From: Paraphysomonas bandaiensis
Taxonomy: Eukaryota; Protista; Chrysophyceae
Assembly: GCA_965644295.1 (NCBI GenBank)
Contig: CBFFRP010000457.1
Location: 1 to 64,000 of the forward strand
DNA length: 64,000 bases
Direction: 5' to 3'
Shown: positions 11,001-24,500 of the stretch, one piece after another
How positions within the stretch are numbered: position 1 is the stretch's first letter
Layout: each line of letters opens with the position of its first letter
Translations under genes and position numbers: made by a program
The notes under the pieces: model-generated
What the model was told of the DNA's origin: nothing
The model's input: the letters and a program-made list of their open reading frames with translations, nothing else
Databases searched by the model: none

Positions 11001-11541
11001 ATAAAACATATGAAAATGAAGATGATACTTGATTTAATGCATCAAACATATGTGATATATTACAAAATACTTGATTTTGATAATATTTTGAATATAAATT
11101 TAAAACTTTTAAATTATCTTTCGTTTCTTGTATATTATCAGTAGCATGTATAACCCATGGAACATTTGTATAATTTAATACATCCAAACGTAAAAATGTT
11201 TTAATTTGATATAATTTTGTATTAATTTGACGATATCCACGATTTGTATGATGATAGTCATAGTGTGGATGTGTATCATGTAGTATGTATATAATGAATG
11301 GTAAAGTACTACGAAAATCTGATTTATATTGACTATAAAAGTGTGATATAAATGATGAATGAGTGTGGGAGGGTAGAGGAGGGTGATGGATGTATGTATG
11401 GAGGGTGAGAGATGGAGTGGTGTTTATAAGGGAAATGAGTTGAGATGGTGGATAGATTGATGCCCAGTCGATAAGGATATGTTGTTCGATGGAAGTGGTG
11501 GAGTGGGAGAGAAGGAGGAAGAGAAAGGGATATATGTGCAT
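8074..11541 (-). CDS. 1155-aa multidomain protein: signal peptide, HATDN-containing domain, kinase-like domain, C-terminal class I SAM methyltransferase-like domain
   Basis: Intronless ORF; HRDIKSEH and LFDFTWA kinase motifs; VLDVGG, DLVLAL, LVIEWIDPADP and TRKIY methyltransferase-type motifs. Confidence 0.8.
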   Translation of the reverse strand: MHIYPFLFLLLSHSTTSIEQHILIDWASIYPPSQLISLINTTPSLTLHTYIHHPPLPSHTHSSFISHFYSQYKSDFRSTLPFIIYILHDTHPHYDYHHTNRGYRQINTKLYQIKTFLRLDVLNYTNVPWVIHATDNIQETKDNLKVLNLYSKYYQNQVFCNISHMFDALNQVSSSFSYVLLRVLPSTPYQYIIKNGKMRYMELLVSDYFRAKEILDGEAAIHILNDGLYDSTELMYENGGVEVGNVVTLENEQLWVDIRWLGDGTLPLDVQQRLLGSRVWQTDHYIPKSSLWPHLRSSTKDKRDDCSNPPPGTSTPIISVPVQVVEADVEGGQFHLNIYANQHVPTAVTCFCAAHDLSTPLCDQLLHAALDLYQNVTPSEAPSLDSTALILSKSLKSLNRCGASYVLPYIDDIDGFPYRVKNKTAVRLLTSPKQAVSDYVSCLEAAFDVSIQSSLNITLTTDSYQLVLHYVHDIRAHWIDIIPPGKTTFDLRLDIRQSISSSTINVSPEWIYRLVASAEEVTTPEFTVKRLCASDEMALRHLELYDSPTNSKHLEWIDAHRHVVFTDPRISADSMYINEYSTCCMGLSTFQVPLPNTFLKSSDSQYICDIDFENTNWTLYTGHISRSSENSKGRGTARLPGNSFCSVESQYHPVLKIRTHAVADPEVTYDAASVECYHNSLMNSPTIGLWKPLRGGRLATKYKPHFPRVYYTDPNHRVSGASVCISEYIDGLTLAEHIATKVTTIEDLASLFGAVIDILGMMAEKYVVHRDIKSEHFLVTEVVPNAEYHVTLFDFTWAVSPSVRNQYPVPSTVGYYYRFPLVDSFREAKETFNDVYSTGIVIRELFYMFARMDTSLFDPLIKRMLNVSKNAWSVSDIEELYANLLHVYEHMSSSSDTANKGRYLCKKCEEHSGKSVMVEVSMNSSLVKLSGLHTSATISASDTGIIIANVSSSSALDNVRYEMIRSVMTRLDGWSVLDVGGDELALLSLVCVNQHARSVWVSNEHRIQSGAAPYEEPGVDILTNHLNWNSFRERWHVQNNILNSTMHLSIKVDLVLALNCLHVFTYCSRGGHLAKAVGALAIHASRVLVIEWIDPADPEMIDILASCPTSEGDSVYSLDEFLLVMNTIFDHSVQHLGDVSPTRKIYIGQHVHKRI

Positions 11542-11622
11542 TGCAATGTGGAATATCTACACACACAACTATAAGATACATGCATACGATACCATACCAC
11601 AATATACCCTATATAACCCTCT

Positions 11623-12412
11623 ACACATACATACACACATACATACACACATACATACATACATACATACATACATACATACATACATACATACATACAT
11701 ACATACATACATACATACATACATACATACATACATACATACATACATACATACATACATACATACATACATACATACATACATACATACATACATACAT
11801 ACATACATACATACATACATACATACATACATACATACATACATACATACATACATACATACATACATACATACATACATACATACATACATACATACAT
11901 ACATACATACATACATACATACATACATACATACATACATACATACATACATACATACATACATACATACATACATACATACATACATACATACATACAT
12001 ACATACATACATACATACATACATACATACATACATACATACATACATACATACATACATACATACATACATACATACATACATACATACATACATACAT
12101 ACATACATACATACACACATACATACACACATACATACACACATACATACATACATACATACATACATACATACATACATACATACATACATACATACAT
12201 ACATACATACATACATACATACATACATACATACATACATACATACATACATACATACATACATACATACATACATACATACATACATACATACATACAT
12301 ACATACATACATACATACATACATACATACATACATACATACATACATACATACATACATACATACATACATACATACATACATACATACATACATACAT
12401 ACATACATACAT
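11623..12412. repeat. (CATA)n microsatellite, ~790 bp, between two divergent start codons
   Basis: Near-perfect tetranucleotide array between ATG 11541 (-) and ATG 12474 (+). Confidence 0.98.
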
Positions 12413-12473
12413 AGTCTCCGCTTATATTCAAACATCTCATCATTGTATCTCATATACACCTCCATCCTTTCCA

Positions 12474-12996
12474 ATGGAACTCCAACTCAAACCAAGTCAC
12501 TCTAATCTACCCCTCCAACAATCCCTCTACTACAACACTCTCTATTCCCTCCTCTATACTGCTCTTACAGGTGCATCTGCTCTTCATAAGGTAACTATCT
12601 CATTGATCTCATTCACCTCATACTAACATACCCCTCTATACTTGACAGATTAGTTACTATCAATATAATTTATTACTACAAAAATATATACTTATTCCCA
12701 TTATTTTGATATGGTTTTTAGCTGAAAATGTACGATTTTATTATGGTTTTAGTGGAAATTTACGAGAAAAAGTACCAGATTTATTGACATATTTATTGAT
12801 TACATGCTTTCCACAGATACCACTTATTATATACTTGAGTTTCTTTCAAGAGATTGTATTTCCAATGGATCTTATTATGGGTAGTATCATGTTATTGCTA
12901 CTAGTTATACAGATCACTTTTGGATATTCAATGTTGCAAGTATTGATTCAATCGCAGACAGCACAGTTTCTCCGTCTTTGCGACAATGAGGAGTAG
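12474..12996 (+). CDS. TMEM17: TMEM17/TMEM216-family ciliary transition-zone membrane protein (exons 12474-12590, 12649-12996)
   Basis: SNLPLQQSLYYN and RFYYGFSGNLREKVPDL family motifs; phase-0 GT-AG intron with TACTAAC branch point. Confidence 0.8.
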
Positions 12997-14230
12997 TGAG
13001 CTTCTCTATATGATATTAGGTCAATTATAGTAGTAGTAGATGTTCATCTCTGTGCTCCGGTCACGATATGTATGTATTGCGTGGTATTGTATAGTGTCAA
13101 AATTTCAAAGTATTTTTTTGCTGTAAGCTAAGTTTAATATGCTGAGGTGAAGTATACGATTGCAATTGTTATAGCAACAGCACTTGTGTGATATTATTTA
13201 TTACTTCATCATCAATCTGAGCCATCACCATCAATCAATATAGACTAAACTAGAAGAAAGTTGTCATCGTACACTCTGCATCATTCATACTACTGGCTAT
13301 CATAGCAACTGCCTCATTCCCAGGGCGTGCCCTAGTAAAGTGTTGGTGTAAAGCAATGTATAGATTTTTATTGAAAAATCCCGGAGTATTTTGTGTGTGT
13401 GGTGCCAAGCAAGCTTCAGCACATAAATGTGGCGATACGAATACAATTTTTTCGTATCTATCAGCATATATATATACGAATTTCAATCTAGTGAAATTAA
13501 CATTCCCTGAGCAATAATTTGAAACAATAATTTGATTTATTTATTTCTCAATGTTATCAGGGGGAATGCATATTTCTTTGACAGCAAGCGGGCCACAAAT
13601 AGCTATGCATTATATATATATATAGTGTATAGGTATTCATGTGTATATCATCATTAGGATGAAAGGATGAAAGATAAGCTACAATTTAACCTAGGGTTTT
13701 GCCCGAGATTTAAAATAAGGACAATGAGGGAATATAGCCTATTTATATAACTGTTCCATGCTGTTCCAAAATGAAGTAAAAATCAAATTTCTGTACCAAA
13801 GGAAAAGTAATGAGATACACGAAAAAATAAATAATATCTATTGAAGATATGCGTTCACAGCATCACATCTCGAAGGCTATCCACCAAGGCAATGTCTTAC
13901 AAAACAATGTAAACATCATCCTTCGATAAATCTCAATAAATTGCTTGTCAAGACACATACAGAAGAAATCAATTACGTTTAGCTACTGGGGACTTGTACA
14001 CAATGGTATATAACTCACCCACTTCTAGTGTTCATATCCTAAGAGACGATTCTTTCACTTCAAGGTCGAAATTATCTCTCAACGACTTTATGTTCAAATT
14101 CACCACGAAATATATGGTACATATTAGGTTTGTTTTTTATTCGCTATACATATTAATGTCGATAAATATCGTTGCTATATATACATAACTATCACATCGC
14201 CTGATCACTGTGGACATACTATCCGTGATA

Positions 14231-17200
14231 CTATTCCACAATAGGGTTCACATACGTTGGCAAATTCAGTGCTTTACAGAAGTGATTGCACTTATGAGTT
14301 TTAAAAAATCTATCCATGCCGACCTGTCCCAGGTTTGTTCCTCCAAACTGTAACACATTCTGACAGTGGATGGATGGCGACAACAGGGTGAACTGGCCAT
14401 CGCTGTATACGCCTTGGCAGTCCACTACCATTAAGAAACCTTCGGTAATATAGTGTGTAAAATGAGAAAATGTTTGAATGATAGAATGATCAGTTCCTAA
14501 AGGGCTGGGACAGGGGAGGCATAGGCCATGGTTAGAGTTGTACTTTTCAGTAGTTCCATCCACCCGTTTCTCCAATAATACAATTGGTGCGCCAGACCTC
14601 TGTGCGAGCTGAATGACAAGAACGGGGTTTACAGAAACAGTCGGAGAATTGGGTGGCTTTTGATGACAGAATGCCTTGCAAAGAATGGACGTCACATTGG
14701 TTGTCACAACTGTTGTGAAGGCTTCACTAGTAAACAAATCTTCACTCTGAACCGCCGCCCTTGGAAAACGTATAAACCCTTGTGTCCAACTACTATCTGC
14801 TGAGTCTTTATACATAGCCTTGAAAATCGCCCTCTGGTTCGTTCTGGCGGTGGCATGGTTACTTACTTTAACTTCCATGGGGACAGTTGGAACAGTGCTC
14901 AGGTTTACAAGTGACGAAACTCTGTTCGCAACAATATCTGCAACACTGCCGGAGCACACTAAGTTGTACCTTACTGCCTTCTCGGGTGAAATGTCTCTCC
15001 ATTCTGATTCTTCTATAGATAGTGTGCTGAGCTGATTCAACATATCACCCACAAGATCGTGACGAGATATAGTATCTGATAGATTACTTGCCATGCTTGT
15101 GATCACAGCACCTGTGAGAGTAGATATCACAGATGCCGGATCTTGTGCATCAACACTTTCAATGTATGCTCGCGATAACTCTTCACCCCCTATTGGGTAT
15201 CCGATATCTATTAAATCACTTTCAGTGTCTGGATCATCACTGGTATCACTGGCAGCAGCTAATCGATTAAAAGTTTGCACCATTATATCCGTTGCGCTCT
15301 GGAGACGCCCGAAATAATATTTCACACGGAGTTTTTGCAAATCTCGAATAATGGGCTGGGGAGTCAAACTGGAAGGATCCCCTCCCGGATAATCATCCCG
15401 CGGAAGGTTGTGATATTCTGAACCATGGCAAGGCATGTCGCCTACCCCACATTAGTACATTACACTGAAACAGTGTTAAATTTCGGAAAGGACTTACCAA
15501 TATGGAAAAGGACTCGAGTTGTTGCTTGCCAGTAGAGATTTGTCACCAATTTCAACCCGCCCAAAACATCTGCCAGCATATCCCACCCTTCAATGTATTA
15601 CACGGTCAATATGATACAAATCGAATGACTTGAAATGCGAGGTCAATAAATGTAATAAGCCTATTTCCACGCATGCTAACACTCTACCAGACTATAAATA
15701 CCACGAGCATGTACTAACCTCCACCTCCAGGCCTGAGCTCTCCAATAACACGCTTAAATTGCTCTACATCACGAGTAAGGTCGACTACAATACGTGTCTT
15801 ACACTTGTCATTGGCACTAGCATTGTCGTTAACGTGATAATATGATATTAGTGCTAGTCGAAGTGAAGAATCGGGATGTAAATCTCGTACAGCATCTACA
15901 ATATCAGATATTTGTCGTTGAATGGCTCGTATATATGGATACATCGAACTAGTGCAATCGATTAAGATACAGAGATCTAACGATGCAATCTCTCGAAGTC
16001 GGACTCCAACTTCTGCATGAAAATGGTCATATGGACATGATGATATATATAGATATAGATATAGAAACACACATAATGCTTATTTAACTAATACCTTCAA
16101 TCATATATCATATATATGGCCATGACAGTACAATACGTAACCATATACTTGCATGCTTAAACCTTCAATTACATACCACTACATGCTACTATACAACTAT
16201 AGTGCTACACATATTCCATTATACCACTATTCATATTACTAGACACCTCTATACATTTTACTATACCACTATACATGATAATATACCGCTATACATATAA
16301 ATATACACCACACTACATATCACTCTACCACTATACATATTATATATATTACTATACATTGCTATACAAATTACTATACCACAATTCGTATAACTATACC
16401 ACTGTACATACTACTATACCATTATTCATATTACTATACATATTAGTATACCCCTTTACACAACTATACATATTACTATACACTACTATACACTAGTATA
16501 TATATTAGTATACTACTAACATGTTACTAGACTACTAAACACTCCTATGCATTTTACTATACACCACTATACATATCACTCTGCAATATATACACATTAC
16601 TATAACTACTAGTACACCACTTTACACTACTATAGACTACTATGCATAGTAACATACCACTACACCCTATTATACACTACTATAAATATTACCATACAAA
16701 TATACCACAACACACTACTATACCTAGAAGTATACCACTCTACCCTACTATAGACCACTATGCTGACTATTATACACACTACTATACCACTATACCCTAC
16801 TATAGACTACTATACTTACTACTATGTACCACTATACATTACTATACCACTATACGTACTATACACCACTATACCACTACACATTACTATACACTATACC
16901 CTATAACTAGTACACATACTATACACCACTATACCACTACACACTACTATACCTAGTAGTATACCACTAAACCCTGCTATAGACTACTAAAAATAACTAC
17001 TACGTACTATTACACCACACTATACATACTACTATAGACTATAATACACACTACTATGCCCTGCTATAGACTACAAAAAATAACTACTACATACTACTAT
17101 ACCACACTATACATACTACTATGCCACTACACACTACTATACCTAGTAGTATACCACTATACCCTGCTATAGACTACTAAAAATAACTACTACATACTAG

Positions 17201-17795
17201 TATACCACTACACACTACTATAGACCACTAAAAATAACTACTATACACCACTATACATAATACCATACCATACACTATTATACACACTACTATACCTAGT
17301 AGTATACCACTTAACGTATTATACCACAATACATACTACTATATACACTACTATACCACTATACCATACTATAACTAGTATACATACTACTATACTGACT
17401 ACTTTACCACTATACATAATACCATACCACTACACATACTAAACCACTGCACACTACTATACCACACTATACATACTACTATACTGACTACTATACCACA
17501 CTATACATACCACTATACATACTAGTATACCACTACACACTACCATACCACTATACACCACTATACATACTACTACACCACACTATACATACTACTATAC
17601 ACCACTACACACTACTACACACCACTATACAGTATAAGATATGGGAATACCATCAATACTACTCGTCCGGCTTCTTCTTTCATTACAAATATTATCATCT
17701 GCCTTTCGCTTACCCTTCAGAGGCGATAAACTATCAGTTTTCATATATCTAAATGCTGTTTCAGATCGAAAACTAGATTTTGTATTATTTTTCAT
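14231..17795 (-). CDS. VWA-domain alpha-kinase (VwkA-like), about 4 exons; exon 1 17795-17651, exon 2 16012-15719
   Basis: DLCILIDCTSSM MIDAS-type motif, DVLGGL, IGDMPCHG; alpha-kinase KYNSNHG, QTFSHFT, VVDCQG, TNLG..G, HKCNHFC. Splice phases are consistent; exon 1 is less certain. Confidence 0.8.
16175..17635. repeat. Degenerate ACTATAC/ACCAC low-complexity repeat filling the putative first intron of the alpha-kinase gene
   Basis: ~1.45 kb nearly G-free on + strand, built from actatac/actac/accac words. Confidence 0.9.
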
Positions 17796-18577
17796 ATATT
17801 TCAATAAATTTCAATAAAATTTCCCTAAAAATGGGGAATAATATGTGTGTTGATAGAGAAAAGTGAGGAAGAAGGAAAGTTTTTCACTTACTTTGGAGTT
17901 GATTATTGTATTGGAGGATAAAAGGAAGTGTAATGAACAGTCAGTGTATATATATATATGTATGTATGTAGAGGAAGATCTCTGTATGTATATGCTATAA
18001 AATATACGCATATGTTGATCTTTATATAGTGTAACCTGAAGAACATAACGGACCAATCATATGCTTCTATATTATTATATGAATATTTTATTGGGGTGAA
18101 TATTCACATACTTGTACATTGGACGACTGTTTGTACAATGGTGTAGTATGGGAATATATTGTCCAATTAAATCACTAGTTTACTTCATTGAGATAGCTGA
18201 TACGTTGAATATATTCTATGTCAAAATAGAAAGTAACAGTATTATAGAAAAGTGGGATATCTATATAAAAAATAGGTAAAAATATACACATTTCAGGTTT
18301 TAGTAAGCAAAAACCAGGAAAATAGATTTCAAATAGTAGTTGTGTAACTCCAACTGATCGTTAAAAATATATATATAAAAACTACAGAAAAATTCAATAA
18401 AATACAAGCTTTCTAGATAATAAAATAGAAAATAGAAGCTTTTCAGAAGAAAACAATGCTATTTTTAATACCACACTCTGCTGTTTCTATACTCAGTCTG
18501 CTGAGATGTTGTGCATTAAAGCATGATAGAATTTAAACTTAGACAATAATTCAGAGGGACTAACAGCACTGTCGACA

Positions 18578-21500
18578 ATGAATATAGAATTAGAAATGAG
18601 CAATCCTGTATTGGATAGAGATCAACTGCCGGATAAGGTACAGTGAGTGTGCGTATATATACATACATGTACATAAAGGCAGGCCTACACACACACACAT
18701 AAGATGCATGTTATATATGATGGATGTTATATATGATGCATGTTATATATGATGCATGTTATATATGATGCATGTTATATATGATGTATGTTATATATGA
18801 TGTATGTTATATATGATGTATGTTATATATGATGTATGTTATATATGATGGATGTTATATATGATGCATGTTGTATATGATGTATGTTATATATGATGTA
18901 TGTTATATATGATGGATGTTATATATGATGTATGTTATATATGATGTATGTTATATATGATGTATGTTATATATGATGCATGCTATATATGATGCATGTT
19001 ATATATGATGTATGTTATGTATGATGTATGTTATATATGATGCATGTTATATATGATGTATGTTATATATGATGGATGTTATATATGATGCATGTTGTAT
19101 ATGATGCATGTTATATATGATGTATGTTATATATGATGGATGTTATATATGATGTATGTTATATATGATGTATGTTATATATGATGTATGTTATATATGA
19201 TGCATGCTATATATGATGCATGTTATATATGATGTATGTTATATATGATGTATGTTGTATATGATGCATGTTATGTATGATGTATGTTATATATGATGTA
19301 TGTTATATATGATGTATGTTGTATATGATGCATGTTATATATGATGTATGTTATATATGATGTATGTTGTATATGATGCATGTTGTATATGATGTATGTT
19401 ATATATGATGTATGTTATATATGATGTATGTTGTATATGATGCATGTTGTATATGATGTATGTTATATATGATGTATGTTATATATGATGCATGTTATAT
19501 ATGATGTATGTTATGTATGATGTATGTTATATATGATGTATGTTGTATATTATGTATGTTATATATGATGCATGCTATATATGATGCATGTTATATATGA
19601 TGTATGTTATATATGATGTATGTTGTATATGATGTATGTTATATATGATGCATGCTATATATGATGCATGCTATATATGATGCATGTTATATATGATGGA
19701 TGTTGTATATGATGTATGTTATATATGATGTATGTTATATATGATGTATGTTATATATGATGGATGTTATATATGATGTATGTTATATATGATGCATGCT
19801 ATATATGATGCATGTTATATATGATGTATGTTATATATGATGCATGTTATATATGATGTATGTTATATATGATGTATGTTATATATGATGTATGTTATAT
19901 ATGATGTATGTTATATATGATGCATGTTGTATATGATGCATGTTATATATGATGTATGTTATATATGATGGATGTTATATATGATGTATGTTATATATGA
20001 TGCATGCTATATATGATGCATGTTATATATGATGTATGTTATATATGATGTATGTTATATATGATGTATGTTATATATGATGTATGTTATATATGATGTA
20101 TGTTGTATATGATGCATGTTATGTATGATGTATGTTATATATGATGTATGTTATATATGATGTATGTTGTATATGATGCATGTTATATATGATGTATGTT
20201 ATATATGATGTATGTTGTATATGATGCATGTTGTATATGATGTATGTTATATATGATGTATGTTATATATGATGCATGTTATATATGATGTATGTTATGT
20301 ATGATGTATGTTATATATGATGTATGTTATATATGATGTATGTTATATATGATGCATGCTATATATGATGCATGTTATATATGATGTATGTTATATATGA
20401 TGTATGTTGTATATGATGTATGTTATATATGATGCATGCTATATATGATGCATGCTATATATGATGCATGTTATATATGATGTATGTTGTATATGATGCA
20501 TGTTATATATGATGTATGTTATATATGATGTATGTTATATATGATGTATGTTATATATGATGTATGTTATATATGATGTATGTTATATATGATGCATGCT
20601 ATATATGATGCATGCTATATATGATGTATGTTATATATGATGCATGTTATATATGATGTATGTTATATATGATGTATGTTATATATGATGCATGTTATAT
20701 ATGATGTATGTTATATATGATGCATGTTGTATATGATGTATGTTATATATGATGTATGTTATATATGATGCATGCTATATATGATGCATGTTATATATGA
20801 TGTATGTTATATATGATGCATGTTATATATGATGTATGTTATATATGATGCATGCTATATATGATGCATGTTATATATGATGTATGTTATATATGATGTA
20901 TGTTGTATATGATGTATGTTATATATGATGCATGCTATATATGATGCATGCTATATATGATGTATGTTGTATATGATGCATGTTATGTATGATGTATGTT
21001 ATATATGATGTATGTTATATGTGATGCATGTTGTATATGATGCATGTTGTATATGATGTATGTTATATATGATGTATGTTATATATGATGTATGTTGTAT
21101 ATGATGTATGTTATATATGATGTATGTTATATATGATGCATGCTATATATGATGCATGCTATATATGATGCATGCTATATATGATGTATGTTATATATGA
21201 TGCATGTTATATATGATGTATGTTATATATGATGTATGTTATATATGATGCATGTTATATATGATGTATGTTATATATGATGCATGTTGTATATGATGTA
21301 TGTTATATATGATGCATGTTATATATGATGTATGTTATATATGATGCATGTTATATATGATGTATGTTATATATGATGCATGCTATATATGATGCATGTT
21401 ATATATGATGTATGTTATATATGATGTATGTTGTATATGATGTATGTTATATATGATGCATGCTATATATGATGCATGCTATATATGATGTATGTTGTAT

Positions 21501-24500
21501 ATGATGCATGTTATGTATGATGTATGTTATATATGATGTATGTTATATGTGATGCATGTTGTATATGATGCATGTTGTATATGATGTATGTTATATATGA
21601 TGTATGTTATATATGATGTATGTTGTATATGATGTATGTTATATATGATGTATGTTATATATGATGCATGCTATATATGATGCATGCTATATATGATGCA
21701 TGCTATATATGATGTATGTTATATATGATGCATGTTATATATGATGTATGTTATATATGATGTATGTTATATATGATGCATGTTATATATGATGTATGTT
21801 GTATATGATGTATGTTATATATGATGCATGCTATATATGATGCATGCTATATATGATGTATGTTGTATATGATGCATGTTATGTATGATGTATGTTATAT
21901 ATGATGTATGTTATATGTGATGTATGTTGTATATGATGCATGTTATATATGATGTATGTTATATATGATGTATGTTGTATATGATGTATGTTATATATGA
22001 TGTATGTTATATATGATGTATGTTATATATGATGCATGTTATATATGATGTATGTTATGTATGATGTATGTTATATATGATGTATGTTATGTATGATGTA
22101 TGTTATATATGATGTATGTTATATATGATGTATGTTATATATGATGCATGTTATATATGATGCATGCTATATATGATGCATGTTGTATATGATGTATGTT
22201 ATATATGATGTATGTTATATATGATGTATGTTATATATGATGCATGCTATATATGATGCATGTTATATATGATGTATGTTATATATGATGTATGTTGTAT
22301 ATGATGTATGTTATATATGATGCATGTTATATATGATGCATGCTATATATGATGCATGTTGTATATGATGTATGTTATATATGATGTATGTTATATATGA
22401 TGTATGTTATATATGATGCATGCTATATATGATGCATGTTATATATGATGTATGTTATATATGATGTATGTTGTATATGATGTATGTTATATATGATGCA
22501 TGTTATATATGATGCATGCTATATATGATGTATGTTGTATATGATGCATGTTATGTATGATGTATGTTATATATGATGTATGTTATATGTGATGTATGTT
22601 GTATATGATGCATGTTATATATGATGTATGTTATATATGATGTATGTTATATATGATGTATGTTATATATGATGTATGTTATATATGATGTATGTTATAT
22701 ATGATGTATGTTATATATGATGTATGTTATGTATGATGTATGTTATATATGATGTATGTTATGTATGATGTATGTTATATATGATGTATGTTATATATGA
22801 TGTATGTTATATATGATGCATGTTATATATGATGCATGCTATATATGATGCATGTTGTATATGATGTATGTTATATATGATGTATGTTATATATGATGTA
22901 TGTTATATATGATGCATGCTATATATGATGCATGTTGTATATGATGCATGTTGTATATGATGTATGTTATATATGATGTATGTTATATATGATGTATGTT
23001 ATATATGATGGATGTTATATATGATGCATGTTGTATATGATGTATGTTATATATGATGTATGTTATGTATGATGTATGTTATATATGATGTATGTTATAT
23101 ATGATGTATGTTATATATGATGCATGTTATATATGATGTATGTTATATATGATGTATGTTATATATGATGCATGCTATATATGATGCATGTTGTATATGA
23201 TGCATGTTGTATATGATGTATGTTATATATGATGTATGTTATATATGATGTATGTTATATATGATGCATGTTATGTATGATGTATGTTATATATGATGTA
23301 TGTTATATGTGATGTATGTTGTATATGATGCATGTTATATATGATGTATGTTATATATGATGTATGTTGTATATGATGTATGTTATATATGATGTATGTT
23401 ATATATGATGTATGTTATATATGATGTATGTTATATATGATGTATGTTATGTATGATGTATGTTATATATGATGTATGTTATATATGATGTATGTTATAT
23501 ATGATGCATGCTATATATGATGCATGTTGTATATGATGCATGTTGTATATGATGTATGTTATATATGATGTATGTTATATATGATGTATGTTATATATGA
23601 TGCATGTTATGTATGATGTATGTTATATATGATGTATGTTATATGTGATGTATGTTGTATATGATGCATGTTATATATGATGTATGTTATATATGATACA
23701 TGTTATATATGATGTATGTTATATATGATGCATGTTATATATGATGCATGTTGTATATGATGTATGTTATATATGATGTATGTTGTATATGACGCATGTT
23801 ATATATGATGTATGTTATATATGATGTATGTTATATATGATACATGTTATATATGATGTATGTTATATATGATGCATGTTATATATGATGCATGTTGTAT
23901 ATGATGTATGTTATATATGATGTATGTTATATATGATGCATGTTATATATGATGCATGTTGTATATGATGTATGTTATATATGATGTATGTTATATATGA
24001 TGCATGTTATATATGATGCATGTTATATATGATGCATGTTATATATGATGCATGCTATATATGATGCATGTTATATATTATGTATGTTATATATGATGTA
24101 TGTTATATATGATGCATGTTATATATGATGTATGTTATATATGATGTATGTTATATATGATGTATGTTATATATGATGTATGTTATATATGATACATGTT
24201 ATTTGTGATACATGTTGGTCGGGAAGGTAATTGTATGTTGTTATTTATGAAAGTATATGCGGTCGTTTCATAGTTATTAGTGTGTGTGATGTAATTTATG
24301 TAGTAGATATGGTGTGTATATATAATATGTTTTTGATGGTGTGTGTGATGTGTTGTTCTTCAGGGTTCTCATGCACTTCGACAGCGGAGAAAGTTTTCAT
24401 TTTCGAGTGCGTATGAAAAGTCTCGCACCAGTAATTCCGAGCTAATTAACACTTGGCTCTATGAACATGAGATTCCGCTAACACACACTATATTTTCGGG

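Noticed and set aside
11424-12626. Long MYVC/HTYI ORFs here and at ~28.8-29.9, 40.0-41.2, 46.8-47.6 and 55.8-56.5 kb
   Set aside because: Translations of stop-free (TATG)n microsatellites, not proteins.
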